Positions 26,416 to 38,172 of a DNA stretch of 64,000 nucleotides are shown here, one piece after another. The notes beneath the pieces are model-generated. The model ran no database searches. It was not told the origin of the DNA and saw only the letters and a list, made by a program, of their open reading frames with translations. Within the stretch, counting starts at the first letter, position 1; every line of letters begins with the position of its first letter. The position numbers were made by a program, and so were the translations under genes. This stretch comes from Eledone cirrhosa (Eukaryota), in NCBI GenBank assembly GCA_964016885.1, contig OZ024758.1, positions 30,876,001-30,940,000 of the forward strand, read 5' to 3'.

Positions 26416-26864
26416 TGCACTGGAGTCGATTTGATCGATTTTCCCCTCCTCCAAAATTCTTGGCCTTAACTGTTGAATGTGCCACCTCAGTCCGCTGGTT
26501 GGGGACAGTTTCTACTTTAGATACAAGGCCAGCAATTTTGGGGGAAGGGGCCACTCTTGTCACACTCACCAACCTTTCAGCAAATGTATTGCGGGGGCAG
26601 CACTTTTCTCTCCACCCTCACCTTCCTTTCCAATAATAATAGTGATTTTTAGTATAGGCACAAGGCCGGTAATTTGGGGGGAGGGAGGGGAAAGTCGATT
26701 AAATCGACCCCAGTATGTTACTGGTACTTTATTTTATCTACCCCGTAAGGATGAAAGGCAAAGTTAACCTCGGCGTGATTTTAACTCATAACGTAAATGG
26801 CCACAACTCTCTGCCACAAAGCATAGGGTCCAACCCTCTACCGATACTGCCAATCCACCCCCTA

Positions 26865-26906
<42 letters not shown>

Positions 26907-27195
26907 TGTTTCTACTTTTGGCACAAGGCCAGCAAATACCCAGTACATTACTGGTACTTTATTTTATCGACCCCGTAAGGATGAAAGGCAAAGTTAACTT
27001 CTGCGGGATTTGAACTCAGTCCGTAAAAGGACGTAACTCTGCTGCAAAGCATGGCGTCCGACCTTCTACCGATACTGCCAAAATAGTAATAATTGTTTCT
27101 ACTTTTGGCACAAGGCCAGCAAATACCCAGTGTATTACTGGTACTTTATTTTATCGACCCCGTAAGGATGATAGGCAAAGTTAACCTCGGCGTAA
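26415..27195. mobile_element. Cluster of SINE copies, mostly minus strand, with (AAT)n tails
   Basis: Copies at about 26640-26862, 26903-27080 and 27090-27193. Confidence 0.85.
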
Positions 27196-27929
27196 TAATA
27201 GTAATAATAATAATTTGTTTATTGATTGGTGATAATAACTGCTATAATAACTGCTATAATGACTGCGATAATAACTGCTATAATGACTGCTATCTATTGC
27301 TGTTTAAAGAACATTTACATTCAGCTCAATACAGACGACTTGGAATTTTACTGACTATTTTATATTCCCTGTTTGGGAAAAGCCATGGAATGCTATAAGT
27401 GTTAAAACATAATCAAGATATTTAACAAAAATCTCATTTCCTTATCAAAATGTTATTTTTATCGTAGATCAATACGATAAAGATCTGATCGTAATTGATA
27501 TTTATTTAACTATCATCAGACCAAATATTGATATTTTGGAACATTTGAAGTTTCACAGGAATTATTTAAAGCCATATATATAATTTTGGTTTAAAAATAA
27601 ATTTGCACAGAAGTATAAATGAATATTCAATAATTTGAATATTTATTTTTCTTTCGATACCAAGTTAGATATAAAATATAAATTGTTTATTTTTGAGAGT
27701 GTTTGTTCTAGGTTTAATATGTTTAAAGCTAGACGTTAAATACTAACATTTCCAGTTTTATTTAATTCTAAGCGACGATAAATGAAGTTATTCCAATAAA
27801 CACAATTAACAAATCAACAAATCAATCGATCATACTAATACCAAACACATAATAATTTGTTCAACTTCTCTTAGATAAGTTCTAACGACGTCGGAATATT
27901 TCCTACTCTTTAAGGCTTACCTTTGTTTT

Positions 27930-28620
27930 AAGGCAGAAAATTAGCAAGATGTTAGAACGTCGGATAGAACGTCGGATAGAATTTTTGACGGTATTCATTC
28001 CGGCTCTCTGCTCCCTGAGTTCAATCCCACCGGGGGTGAACTTTGCCTTTCATCCTTCCGAGGTTGATAAAAAATGTAGCAGTCAAGTACTGGGCTCAAC
28101 TCTTCCTCTACATCTTTCTCATTTCTTTTCTCTCACTTTCTATATTTCTCTGGAAGAAATCTGCTGTACTCTGGCCTGGAAAGGGAAGGGCTCCGCCAGG
28201 CTTCAAATGCCCAAGAAATGCTGTATGTCAACACGGCGCCCCTACAACTCTAGCAGGAGTTACGGGGCCATTCATATAAACTTTGTTTTGAGGTGGCTAA
28301 TTGGCAGGCTTGTTAGGCCGTCGGATAGAATGTTCTGCGGTATTCATTTCAGCTCTCTGCTCTCTGAGTTGAAATCTCCCTGAGTTAACTTTGCCTTTCA
28401 TCCATTCAAACTCGATAAAAAAAAGTACCAGTCAAGTACTGGGGCCGATTCGACTTCCATATCACTTTCTTACTTCCATTCTCTCACCCTCTATCCTTCT
28501 CTGGAAGAAATCTGTTGTATTCAGACCTGAAGATGGGCTCCTCCAGGTTTTAAAAATGTCCTAGAAACGCCGTATATCAAGAGGGCGCCCCTACGACTGC
28601 CTGAGGAGTTACGGGTTAAT
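27930..28620 (+). mobile_element. Two tandem diverged SINE-headed elements with longer 3' extension
   Basis: CTGAGTTCAATCCCACCGGGGTGAACTTTGCCTTTCATCC head plus TGGAAGAAATCTG...CGCCCCTAC..GGAGTTACGGG tail, twice. Confidence 0.7.
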
Positions 28621-28822
28621 GGAAGAAAAAATACTTTGTTTGGGGCACTCTAACTCGTCCCTATTACCTTCTTACACTTTGTTTACAGTAACCTCTTTAC
28701 CTGTATTTTTGTATTTACTGCTGTGACCTCTCTACCTGTTTTTCTCGATTTGTCGTCCCACCACGCTTTCATATCGACTCTCTCCTTCTCTCTCTCTTCT
28801 CTCTCTCTCTCTCCTTCTCTCT

Positions 28823-28875
<53 letters not shown>

Positions 28876-29379
28876 ATCCATCTGCTCGTTTTCGGCCTGG
28901 TCACACACATGTTGTAAACCCCTTTTGGATTAACTCCCTTTCCTTTCTCCTCCCCGCACGTGCCAATGTCCTGTGTTCCCACTTCTATTCGGTATGTTTA
29001 CTTCGTTTTTCCTTTTTCCCTTGTTTCTCCCTTCCTTTCTCTTCACTATCATTTCTTTCCCCCATGGCCTTTTGATGGATAAAAGGCCTCGGGCGCGCTG
29101 CGGATCGATGTCCTTTATTAAGTGCCGAAAATCTATGATCCGCAGTAAACATCTGATGAAGTCGCAACTTTTCTTCTCTTGTTTACGTCCCTATTACCTT
29201 CTTACACTATATATATACATATCTGCTCTTTTACCTGTTCCATCCATCCGACCGAGGACCTTGTTGTTATACGTTCTATATCGAGCCTGCGTTGGCTGGC
29301 CATTGGTGTAGGAGAGAGTTCGTTGCTGTTGCTCTTAGCTTACCTTCGTTCCGTGCTGTGAACTCATCTGCGATCCTGT

Positions 29380-29610
29380 ATTGCAGAGTGTCAAGATGTT
29401 TCTTGAAAACATCCTCATCCACACTATGCAGTTCTCTTAAATTTCTTGGCAGCTTATTGAAGGGCTGAACCCCAGGCTATTGCAATATCTGGTCTTTATT
29501 CTAGATTTGAAAGACGGGACATTTGGCACCACACAATGGCGTCCTGTTCGAGGGTTGATCCAGCCCTGAATGCCAAAGTTTGGTGCTAGTACCTCCAGTA
29601 TCTTCCATAT
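29380..29610 (-). mobile_element. CR1-group LINE C-terminal fragment
   Basis: [32 protein letters not shown]. Confidence 0.65.
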
Positions 29611-29640
29611 AAATATATAAATATATATATATATATATAT

Positions 29641-29695
29641 ATGTAAGTATGTATGTATACGTACATACATATATGTATACAGACGTACAGTAGCA

Positions 29696-29736
<41 letters not shown>

Positions 29737-30073
29737 GCATACAGGTACACATACATATATGCACGCATCAGTTTAGCCTACGTTTATTATAACGCCGGCC
29801 GCTTTGTTCGTTTGTTTGTCAACAAAGCGAACAGCCTGAATTTATGCCATACGGTGTTAAGGCAACCACGTCACCTTTTTGTTCAACACTGACACAGGAA
29901 CGATGTACTAGTTTCAAGCTTGTTAGCTATCATCAGCACCGTTTACCCATCTGCCAGATAGTTGAACGTTCGAAAGTATATACTTTCCTTATGAAAATTA
30001 ACGGCTGAGCAGCCTAATTTGCATACTGAGTGAGTTAAATCGGTCATTTTTTCGTTTTCATTTTTTTTCAACT
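29641..30073 (-). mobile_element. Retrozyme-like HHR element, family A (inverted part plus short plus-strand 3' stub)
   Basis: Reverse complement of 36410-36810; HHR at 29900-29942; (TA)n flanks. Confidence 0.75.
29900..29942 (-). ncRNA. Type I hammerhead ribozyme, family A
   Basis: ACGGTG-CTGATGA-TAGCT AACA AGCTT-GAAA-CTAG-TA-CATCGT. Confidence 0.85.
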
Positions 30074-30228
30074 ATATATATATATATATATATATATGCA
30101 AAAGTTCTATTTAAATTGTTGGGATACAACAAGCAAATATTTTTAGAGCTGCTATAAAGCACTCAACAATTATTTTGAGTAAACATACGATATTAACAAA
30201 TGGAAACTATATTTATAAAACCATATTT

Positions 30229-30291
30229 ATTTCATTATACATATTTCAAGGACACCAAGTTAAATTATGGTGTGCTATCATCAGACAAAAT
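30229..30291 (-). ncRNA. Type I hammerhead ribozyme, family C
   Basis: ATTTTGT-CTGATGA-TAGCACACCA..TGGTGTCCTT-GAAA-TATGTA-TA-ATGAAAT. Confidence 0.75.
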
Positions 30292-30412
30292 ATAATATAG
30301 ATCAGTTTTATAAATAAATATTGACATACTCCTTATCCGGGAGCTTCCAACAGTAATGGTTGCATCTTTTAAGGGTATGTCAATATTTATTTATAAAAGT
30401 GATCTATATTAT

Positions 30413-30475
30413 ATTTTGTCTGATGAAAGCACACCATAATTTAATTTGGTGTCCTTGAAATATGTATAATGAAAT
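30413..30475 (+). ncRNA. Type I hammerhead ribozyme, family C
   Basis: ATTTTGT-CTGATGA-AAGCACACCA..TGGTGTCCTT-GAAA-TATGTA-TA-ATGAAAT. Confidence 0.8.
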
Positions 30476-30515
30476 AAATCTGGTTTTATAAATATAGTTT
30501 CCATTTGTTAATATC

Positions 30516-30552
<37 letters not shown>

Positions 30553-30610
30553 TATATATATGCATATATCTATATATATATATAAATATATATATATGCA
30601 TATATATATA

Positions 30611-30680
<70 letters not shown>

Positions 30681-31086
30681 GGAGAGATGACCCCTTAGCC
30701 TTTGTCAAGGCAGAATTCTAGGAGAAGGAAAACTCTGATATAACACCTGCAACCCTGATGGTATCCAATGATGTTGACTTGTTCTTCTTTTTGGTAAATA
30801 TCATCTTGGTCAAGAGAGTGGGACTGGCTTTGTGCAGTGCCTTTGCTCACTATAAAAGCTTCAAGGCACAGGCATTGCTTTATATCAGGAGATCTCTCTG
30901 CACTTGTCGTCACATGGTACCATGGGCCCAGCACTATGTGTCAATAATTGTCACAGATGTAGTGTTTGTACCAGAGTTTTCAAGTCACTGGCTGGACTAA
31001 AAAGTCACACTCGTTCAGCGCATCAGTAGGGGTTCTCCTACATGGATATAAAGTAGTGGCCGTACTCGAAAACGAGTTGGCAGCCA

Positions 31087-31137
<51 letters not shown>

Positions 31138-31559
31138 ATGTATATTCTTGTGTGTATGTATACGCATGTGTGCTGTGTGTTTGTGTATGTGTGCGTGTGT
31201 ATTTGATAAAAACGTTGAGGATTATTTATTTTTATGAAATGGAAATTTATAAAATAGAAAACTGTTAAATAAAGCTAGCAGTTTGAACGAATTTTATAAA
31301 TTATATTTTGTTAAAGATGAACATTAAATTTTAAATACTATGTTTGATTGAGTATTTATTATGCTTCTATTCATTTGTTTCTGTTTACCTTGATTAAATA
31401 AGTTATAATTATATTAAAATATTTTGACAAACCTCCCGCTTAATTAATAGTCTAGGTCACTTAATATTTTATATTTAACATTGTCTAGTAATCTTTTCCA
31501 TCATAGTTTTATTCTAGCTAATTCTTGATTAATGATATCAACCCACGTAGTGGGACATT

Positions 31560-31899
31560 GTAGAAACAAGACGTCGACATACATTGCTAGAGAGAAATAG
31601 TTCGAAAGTATAGTGCTTCACCAATATGCCAAATTAGATCCTAAAGGTTCACTAGAAAACATTCAGATAAATGTTATACCCCCACACCGAACAGAAAACA
31701 ATGCTCAGACAGATTAAGGAAACCACATTTATAACAGACAGGAAACACACCCTCGACAGATGGCATGAATGGATTATCGATAACCCCACAACCTACCAAC
31801 TGATGACAATATAAAGATAGATGATAAACCTAAAAAAAGTGCACGGAGACATAAACCCAACTTAGATAGAATAAAGGTATAGAATAATAACTGCGAAGT

Positions 31900-31900
<1 letters not shown>
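31560..31900 (+). mobile_element. Decayed PLE endonuclease C-terminal fragment related to the element at 62-64 kb
   Basis: VLHQYAK..ENIQI..RQIKETTFI..HEW resembles SVLYEHAR..DNIEI..RQIREASEI..NEW. Confidence 0.45.
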
Positions 31901-31930
<30 letters not shown>

Positions 31931-31934
<4 letters not shown>

Positions 31935-33720
31935 CAATGAAGGAGGGGGTGGAGCCGATCAAGCGTTGAAGGTGAATTCTATACAGCAAATTCTAAGGAA
32001 TGCGGAAGAAATTAGGCTAGCTAGAAAGCAGGCGAAAAAAGAATTCTGGAGGAATCTGAGAGTGGGAAGTTATAAAATTAAAAAGTTAATAAATAAAAAT
32101 TAAAAAGTTAAAAAATAATAAATAATAATAATAATAATATAAACAAATTAAATAATGAAAAATAAAAAAAAAACAGCTGCTATATTTTTAGCTGGTATTG
32201 CGTATTCGGCCAATGCTATATAGAATTTACTGGGGGGGGGGGGGGGTACTGAGACTACAAAAGCCCGAAGGGCTTACCCTCAGAGTAAGCGAAAGAGGAG
32301 AGAGAGTGGAAGGAAGTGAGAAGAAGAGATAAAAGGAACTGGGGTTTCCCCTATCTTGTTCGGCAAGTGGGGAAAAGAAGGATGTTACAGCCATTGTCTA
32401 CCCACCCGGGTCATGAGGGGGTTTGAGGGTGAGGTAAGTCCTATGCAATCAGTGTTTACATGCGGTTACAAGTTTGTCTTTTTTGTTTAGGAGTTGGTCC
32501 TTCGTAAACAGCATTTGTATTGTTCCTCCGAGCATAAGTTACACGGACGGCGTCCTCCCGTGTAGCATTTAGCCCTAGAAAGTAAGCTCCAAGTAAGATG
32601 GCATGTGATGTTATTATCTTGGAGGTCCCAGATGTGGCCCGAAAATGTAGTGGCATGTCACCGGGCTGGGTTTCTGAACGTATGTCGGTGTTGGTAGAGC
32701 CGGGTCTTAAAGTCACAGGCGGTTAATCCTATATAGGCTTTGTTGGAGTTTTCCGTCCTCACGTTGCATTGGTAGATCAAATTACGTTCTCGGCACATAT
32801 GTTGTTGAGGGGGCACATAGATCTATCAGGGCAGTTACACATCCTGGTCGGCTCTCCACTAATGTCTAGGTTGTTTCTTCCATAGGAGTTGAGCTTCTTG
32901 TTGTTTGAGGAGGCGATGTTTTGTGCGAAATTGGGTGTGGTGCTGTAGGAGAGTTTGATAGTGTTTTTGTTGATTATGTTGTGGTAGCGGTGTTGTGGTG
33001 GGAAGTGTTTTTCGAGAAGCCTAAAGTAGATTTTCCCGATTGGTGTTGCAACCTTGGCATTGTGGGGAGGGTTGAACCACATTACGTGACGTGAGCTGCA
33101 ACGTGGCCTGCTGGTTCCACTAAGGAACCTGGGTAAAAGGAGATTTCTTCCCGAAAGCTGCTTTGCTTGAGGGCCTGGTTGTAATAAGGCGCATGTTCAT
33201 CGAATATCTGGTCATTAGCGGACAAACGAGATATACGGAGGGAGATGTTTTTAACCAGGTTATTGGTGATATTTCTAAGATGGTTAGAGCGTTGGTGGAT
33301 GTAGTGAAGGTTGTCGTTTGGTGTCCTGTATAGGTAGTACAGATCATTTTCGAGGTTGAGGGTAACGTCCAGGAAATTGACTCGGGTTAGGGACGTGTGT
33401 AGGGTGATTTTAAATCCCCAGTCCTGGAAGAAGTTGATTAGGCCTTTACGGAACCGGTCCGTACTACTGGGGTTGTAGCCTTTGAGAGTAAGGAGTCAAT
33501 TGTCTCGGTACAATCCACCGCCGAATGCAGGAAACATTTCGGTGAGTTTATGTAGTAGGAATAATCCTATAAGATAGGTCACCTCCACTCTCAGATTCCT
33601 CCAGAATTCTTTTTTCGCCTGCTTTCTAGCTAGCCTAATTTCTTCCGCACTCCTTAGAATTTGCTGTATAGAATTCATTTTCAACGCTTGATCGGCTCCA
33701 CCCTCTCCTTCATTGTTCTA
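31931..33720 (-). mobile_element. 5'-truncated Penelope-like element (RT C-terminal half plus GIY-YIG) with inverted terminal copy
   Basis: GGLYRDN, VNFLDVTL, WFNPP, KHFP, CNC..CPL..C, LIYQCNV..AYIGLT, CNLC..CKH; 31931-32065 inverted at 33585-33720. Confidence 0.88.
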
Positions 33721-33959
33721 CAGGCAAGTTCAGCCACCCCACCTCCCACCCACCACCATGAAAGATTTGATTGTGTTTACAAGAAATTTTGACCAATCCT
33801 TTTGACAACTACAATCTTCCCATATAAGGAATTACCCCTTGAAAAGTTCGGCTATTTATTACCACGCTAAAAATTTAATTTAGTCCAGAAATAGCCGTCG
33901 TAACGGCTTGAGCTCTGCCGTCGGGGTCTTGAACATTTCCCTATATATATATATATATA

Positions 33960-35465
33960 TGGGATAGTTATCGTTTTATGTAATCCAATTAGAGGCTGTG
34001 AGTACTCTGTATTATGGATAGTTTTAACTTACGGCGTTGTTTGACTCAACAAGAGGTTTCCTTAGTTAGGTAGCGAGTTTACGAGAATTCCCATGCAGGT
34101 ATTCGTAGAGTAATAGTAGTGAAAGAGTGAAGTATAACATGGTTGGCTGTACAAAAAGGGTTTAATTTACAGTATGAACAATTGTTTCATTAATCAGGTA
34201 AATCTAAAAGCCGCTAATCACTCGAAGTTGCATCACTCGACCTTAAATACGGAGAATCAACACAATAACATCAATAATCAAAGATAATAATACAGAAGTT
34301 AGAATGAAAATGATAAAGATTTTTTAAAAAAAGCAAACAATAAATAGGTACAGAATACGATTTCTGATAATAGTAGTGGTGGTGGTGGTAGTTGAAGTTA
34401 TAGTGGTGAGTAAGTGGATGTGTAAAATAGTGATGACGGTAAAGATAAAGATAAAGATAACAATAACATGAAAAGAAATACGAAATACATATGTAGTATA
34501 AATGCAAGAGGTATAATCAAATATCAGAGGATTAAATTAAAAATAAAAATTAAAAAAAAAAAAATACTAAAAAATAAGAGAGGAAGAGATAAGGGACAGG
34601 AGACAGAGAGTGAAGATAAGGATTCGAGGATGAGACATAAGGGGTGGGACTAAGGACGGGAAAAAAAGTAGGTAGATAGATAGAAAATAAAAAGTGAAAG
34701 GGGCAGTGATGATATATGGGGGACTACTGAGAATGAAAGAAAGGTTGGGAGATTTATGATGTTGATTTAATGATTGGTTGGTCAGTTGACAGCTAATAAC
34801 AGTGGGGTGGTGTGGAGCTAGTATTTTTTAAACCCGGGTGGTTCTGCTTGAATTCCGAGATTGCTGGTTCGAATCATGCCGGTTTGAAGTTAGAGAACTT
34901 AGTAGCTGCTTTGTGCCTACAGAAAACTGATCGTTCTATTTTGTTGTTACGCAACATTTTATCATACTTTAAAATATGGAGCAGCTCCATATTGCAAAGT
35001 CCGCAGTGGGAGATTCCACTTTTGTAGGCCCTTGCACTCGATAACTTCAGCCAGTTAATCTCATATTTTACACATCCACTTACTCACCACTATAACTTCA
35101 ACTACCACCACCGCCACTAATATTATCAGCAATCGTATTCTGTACCTATTTATTGTTTGCTTATTTTTTACATCTTTATCATTTTCATTCTAACTTCTTT
35201 ATTATTATCATTTATTATCTATTATTATTGATGTTATTGTTTTCATTCACTTGATTCTTCAATGTATCTATAAATACCAATGCCATGTGTTAAACCCTCC
35301 AGTATTCCGATAATTTGATCAGAGACACACACTGTATTTAAGGTCGAGTGGCGCAACTTCGAGAGATTAGCGGCCTTTAGACTCACCTGATCAATGAAAC
35401 AATTGTTAATACTGGAAATCAACTCCTTTTTATACAGCCGACCATTTTATTCTTCCCTCTTTCAC
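33960..35465 (-). mobile_element. PLE 3' remnant (endonuclease C-terminus) with inverted pLTR copy
   Basis: Minus 35060-34880 reads WLKLSSARAYKSGISHCGLCNMEL...FCRH; 34110-34430 inverted at 35065-35468. Confidence 0.7.
35299..35415 (+). ncRNA. Degenerate hammerhead with long stem II
   Basis: CCAGTATT/AATACTGG stem I, TTGATCAG/CTGATCAA stem II, GAAA-CAATTG-TT; core reads CCGATAA (two substitutions). Confidence 0.55.
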
Positions 35466-35692
35466 TATATATATATATATATATATAGGGCGGTGCCCCA
35501 GCATGGCCTCAGCCGGATGGCTGAAACAGGTAAAAAATATATATATATATATATATAAATTTGGGAATGTGTTTGTTAATTACCGATATGTCAGTATACA
35601 GGGTAGAGCACTCAACGAAGTGCGTAGATGAGTCTGTTAACTCTAGAGTAATTTAAACTCCGAGTAATTTTAACACGGTTTATTCATATTGA

Positions 35693-35746
35693 CTGTTATA
35701 TATATTTCGGTGATAACCATTATTCAATTATAACCTCATCAGAGAG
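35693..35746 (-). ncRNA. Type I hammerhead motif with weakened stem I
   Basis: CTCT-CTGATGA-GGTTATAATT..GGTTATCACC-GAAA-TATATA-TA-ACAG. Confidence 0.55.
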
Positions 35747-35876
35747 CTAGAACTCCAACAGAAAAAAAACAGAAAAATATAATGATTGAACAAAGTTACT
35801 TCTGTTATTTCGATCTTTTGATATGCCAGTCCCTATGTATGGTGTCTCTTTCTCAACATAAACAATATGGAGCACA

Positions 35877-35940
<64 letters not shown>

Positions 35941-35943
<3 letters not shown>

Positions 35944-36866
35944 TATGCATGTATACGTACATACATATATGTATACAGACGTACAGTAGCATGCACATAT
36001 ATATATATATATACATATATACATACATATGCATACAGGTACACATACATATATGCACGTATCAGTTTAGCGGCGCTTATTATAACGTCGCTTTGTTCGT
36101 TTGTAAACAAACTGAACAGCCTGAATTTATGCCATACGGTGTTATGGCATAAATTCAGGCTGTTCAGTTTGTTTACAAACAAACAAAGCGACGTTAGCGC
36201 CGCTAAACTGATACGTGCATATATGTATGTGTACCTGTATGCATATGTATGTATATATGTATATATATATATATATGTGCATGCTACTGTACGTCTGTAT
36301 ACATATATGTATGTACGTATACATGCATATTTACATTTAAGTAAGTGCCATACTAAGAGTGAGAAATGAAATTTCGTTTTCATTTTGTTTCAATTTATCG
36401 TTTTCGGTATGCCTGACCGATTTAACTCACTCAATATGCAAATTAGGCTGCTCAGCCGTTAATTTTCATAAGGAAAGTATATACTTTCGAACGTTCAACT
36501 ATCTGGCAGATGGGTAAACGGTGCTGATGATAGCTAACAAGCTTGAAACTAGTACATCGTTCCTGTGTCAGTGTTGAACAAAAAGGTGACGTGGTTGCCT
36601 TAACACCGTATGGCATAAATTCAGGCTGTTCAGTTTGTTTACAAACGAACAAAGCGACGTTATAATAAGCGCCGCTAAACTGATACGTGCATATATGTAT
36701 GTGTACCTGTATGCATATGTATGTATATATGTATATATATATATATATATGTGCATGCTACTGTACGTCTGTATACATATATGTATGTACGTATACATGC
36801 ATACTTACATTTAAGTAAGTGCCATACTAAGAGTGAGAAATGAAATTTCGTTTTCATTTTGTTTCA

Positions 36867-36870
<4 letters not shown>
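35941..36870 (+). mobile_element. Retrozyme-like HHR element, family A: 1.5 tandem units of about 473 nt plus inverted 5' segment
   Basis: 36143-36396 repeated at 36609-36870; 35941-36136 inverted around 36137-36142; no ORF; (TA)n flanks. Confidence 0.8.
36518..36560 (+). ncRNA. Type I hammerhead ribozyme, family A (predicted cut after GUA, 36554)
   Basis: ACGGTG-CTGATGA-TAGCT AACA AGCTT-GAAA-CTAG-TA-CATCGT; stem I extends via CTGGCA/TGTCAG and GTTCAAC/GTTGAAC. Confidence 0.87.
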
Positions 36871-36904
<34 letters not shown>

Positions 36905-37280
36905 GTATATGTGTATATATTATATGTATATGTATATGTATTTGTATATATTATATGTATGTGTATGTATATGTGTATATATATATGTATATGTGTGTAT
37001 ATGTATATATGTGTATATATATATGTATGTGTGTATATATATGTGTGTATATATATATATAAATATATGTGTATATGTATATGTGTATATATTTGTATAT
37101 GTATGTGTATATATATATATATATGTAATATATGTATATATATATATGTAATATATATATATGTATATATGTATGTATGTATATATATATATATGTGTGT
37201 CCCCCCCCTCACCACCTCAAGAGCGTGAAAGTAATAAACCTTTGTTTGTACTGCCTCTCTGTTTTGTTCCCGTTCCATTT

Positions 37281-37370
<90 letters not shown>
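36871..37370. repeat. Degenerate (TA)/(TG) microsatellite
   Basis: Direct reading. Confidence 0.9.
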
Positions 37371-37371
<1 letters not shown>

Positions 37372-37911
37372 CGGTGCGTTTAATGAATTATGAATTTCGA
37401 ATGTATGTTAGCTTAAAGCTAACTGCTTCAAAGCAGTATCATTTACTATGAAATAATTGTTTCTACTTTTTTGGCACAAGGCCAGCAATATATTAATAGT
37501 CGAATATGTTGGATTATAAATCCCCTTGACCCGAAATTATACCTCTCGTTGCTGGACGGGTGTGCTACCGTTTACACCAAGGTATGCTGACGTATTTCTC
37601 GTTATCTTAATCCGTTTCTATCAGTCAGTGGATGTAAATTTATGTTTCTCGTGCCTCGTTTTAAACCATCGAGCTCAATATCACGAGGCGGGGGGGTCAA
37701 TATTATGCAATCTTACTATTGCGAATGAAATTACATTGACAGGGGTAACAGAAGAGAAAGTTAGATGCTCTCGTTCATTCCACCAGCGTATTTGTGTGTG
37801 TCTTTTTTCTTTTCGTATTCAAGTAGCTACACACACATACATACCACATCCACACACACAGTCATACATACACACACACATATATATGGCTGAGTGTGTG
37901 TGTGAATTTAG

Positions 37912-37996
<85 letters not shown>

Positions 37997-38036
37997 GAAA
38001 TAAAAACAAAGAACAAGTTCCTTATATTAAAAAAAT

Positions 38037-38172
38037 TCATCATTTTACGATCATTTCTGGGATGTATATTTGTGTTGGTATGTATATCATATAGATCTAT
38101 GTAAAAATATTACAAATTATCAGAGGAAATATACATACCTTCACATATACATGCCGTCCTCAGAAATGATGA
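38037..38172 (-). ncRNA. Hammerhead ribozyme in the inverted pLTR
   Basis: Inverted copy of 40974-41105; stem III reads A-TGATCG-T. Confidence 0.7.

Larger units (their letters stand above)
30100..30518. mobile_element. Family C short fold-back element with two opposed HHRs
   Basis: Arms 30186-30329 and 30375-30518; homologous to 61208-61972 and 48707-48800. Confidence 0.75.

Noticed and set aside
29065-29210. CTGATGA with nearby hairpins and a 23-bp direct repeat (28656/29186)
   Set aside because: Could not assemble a consistent three-stem HHR; at most a decayed pLTR
32260-32306. UUCG-capped hairpin after CTGAGGG on the minus strand in the PLE 3' region
   Set aside because: No following GAAA or stem III
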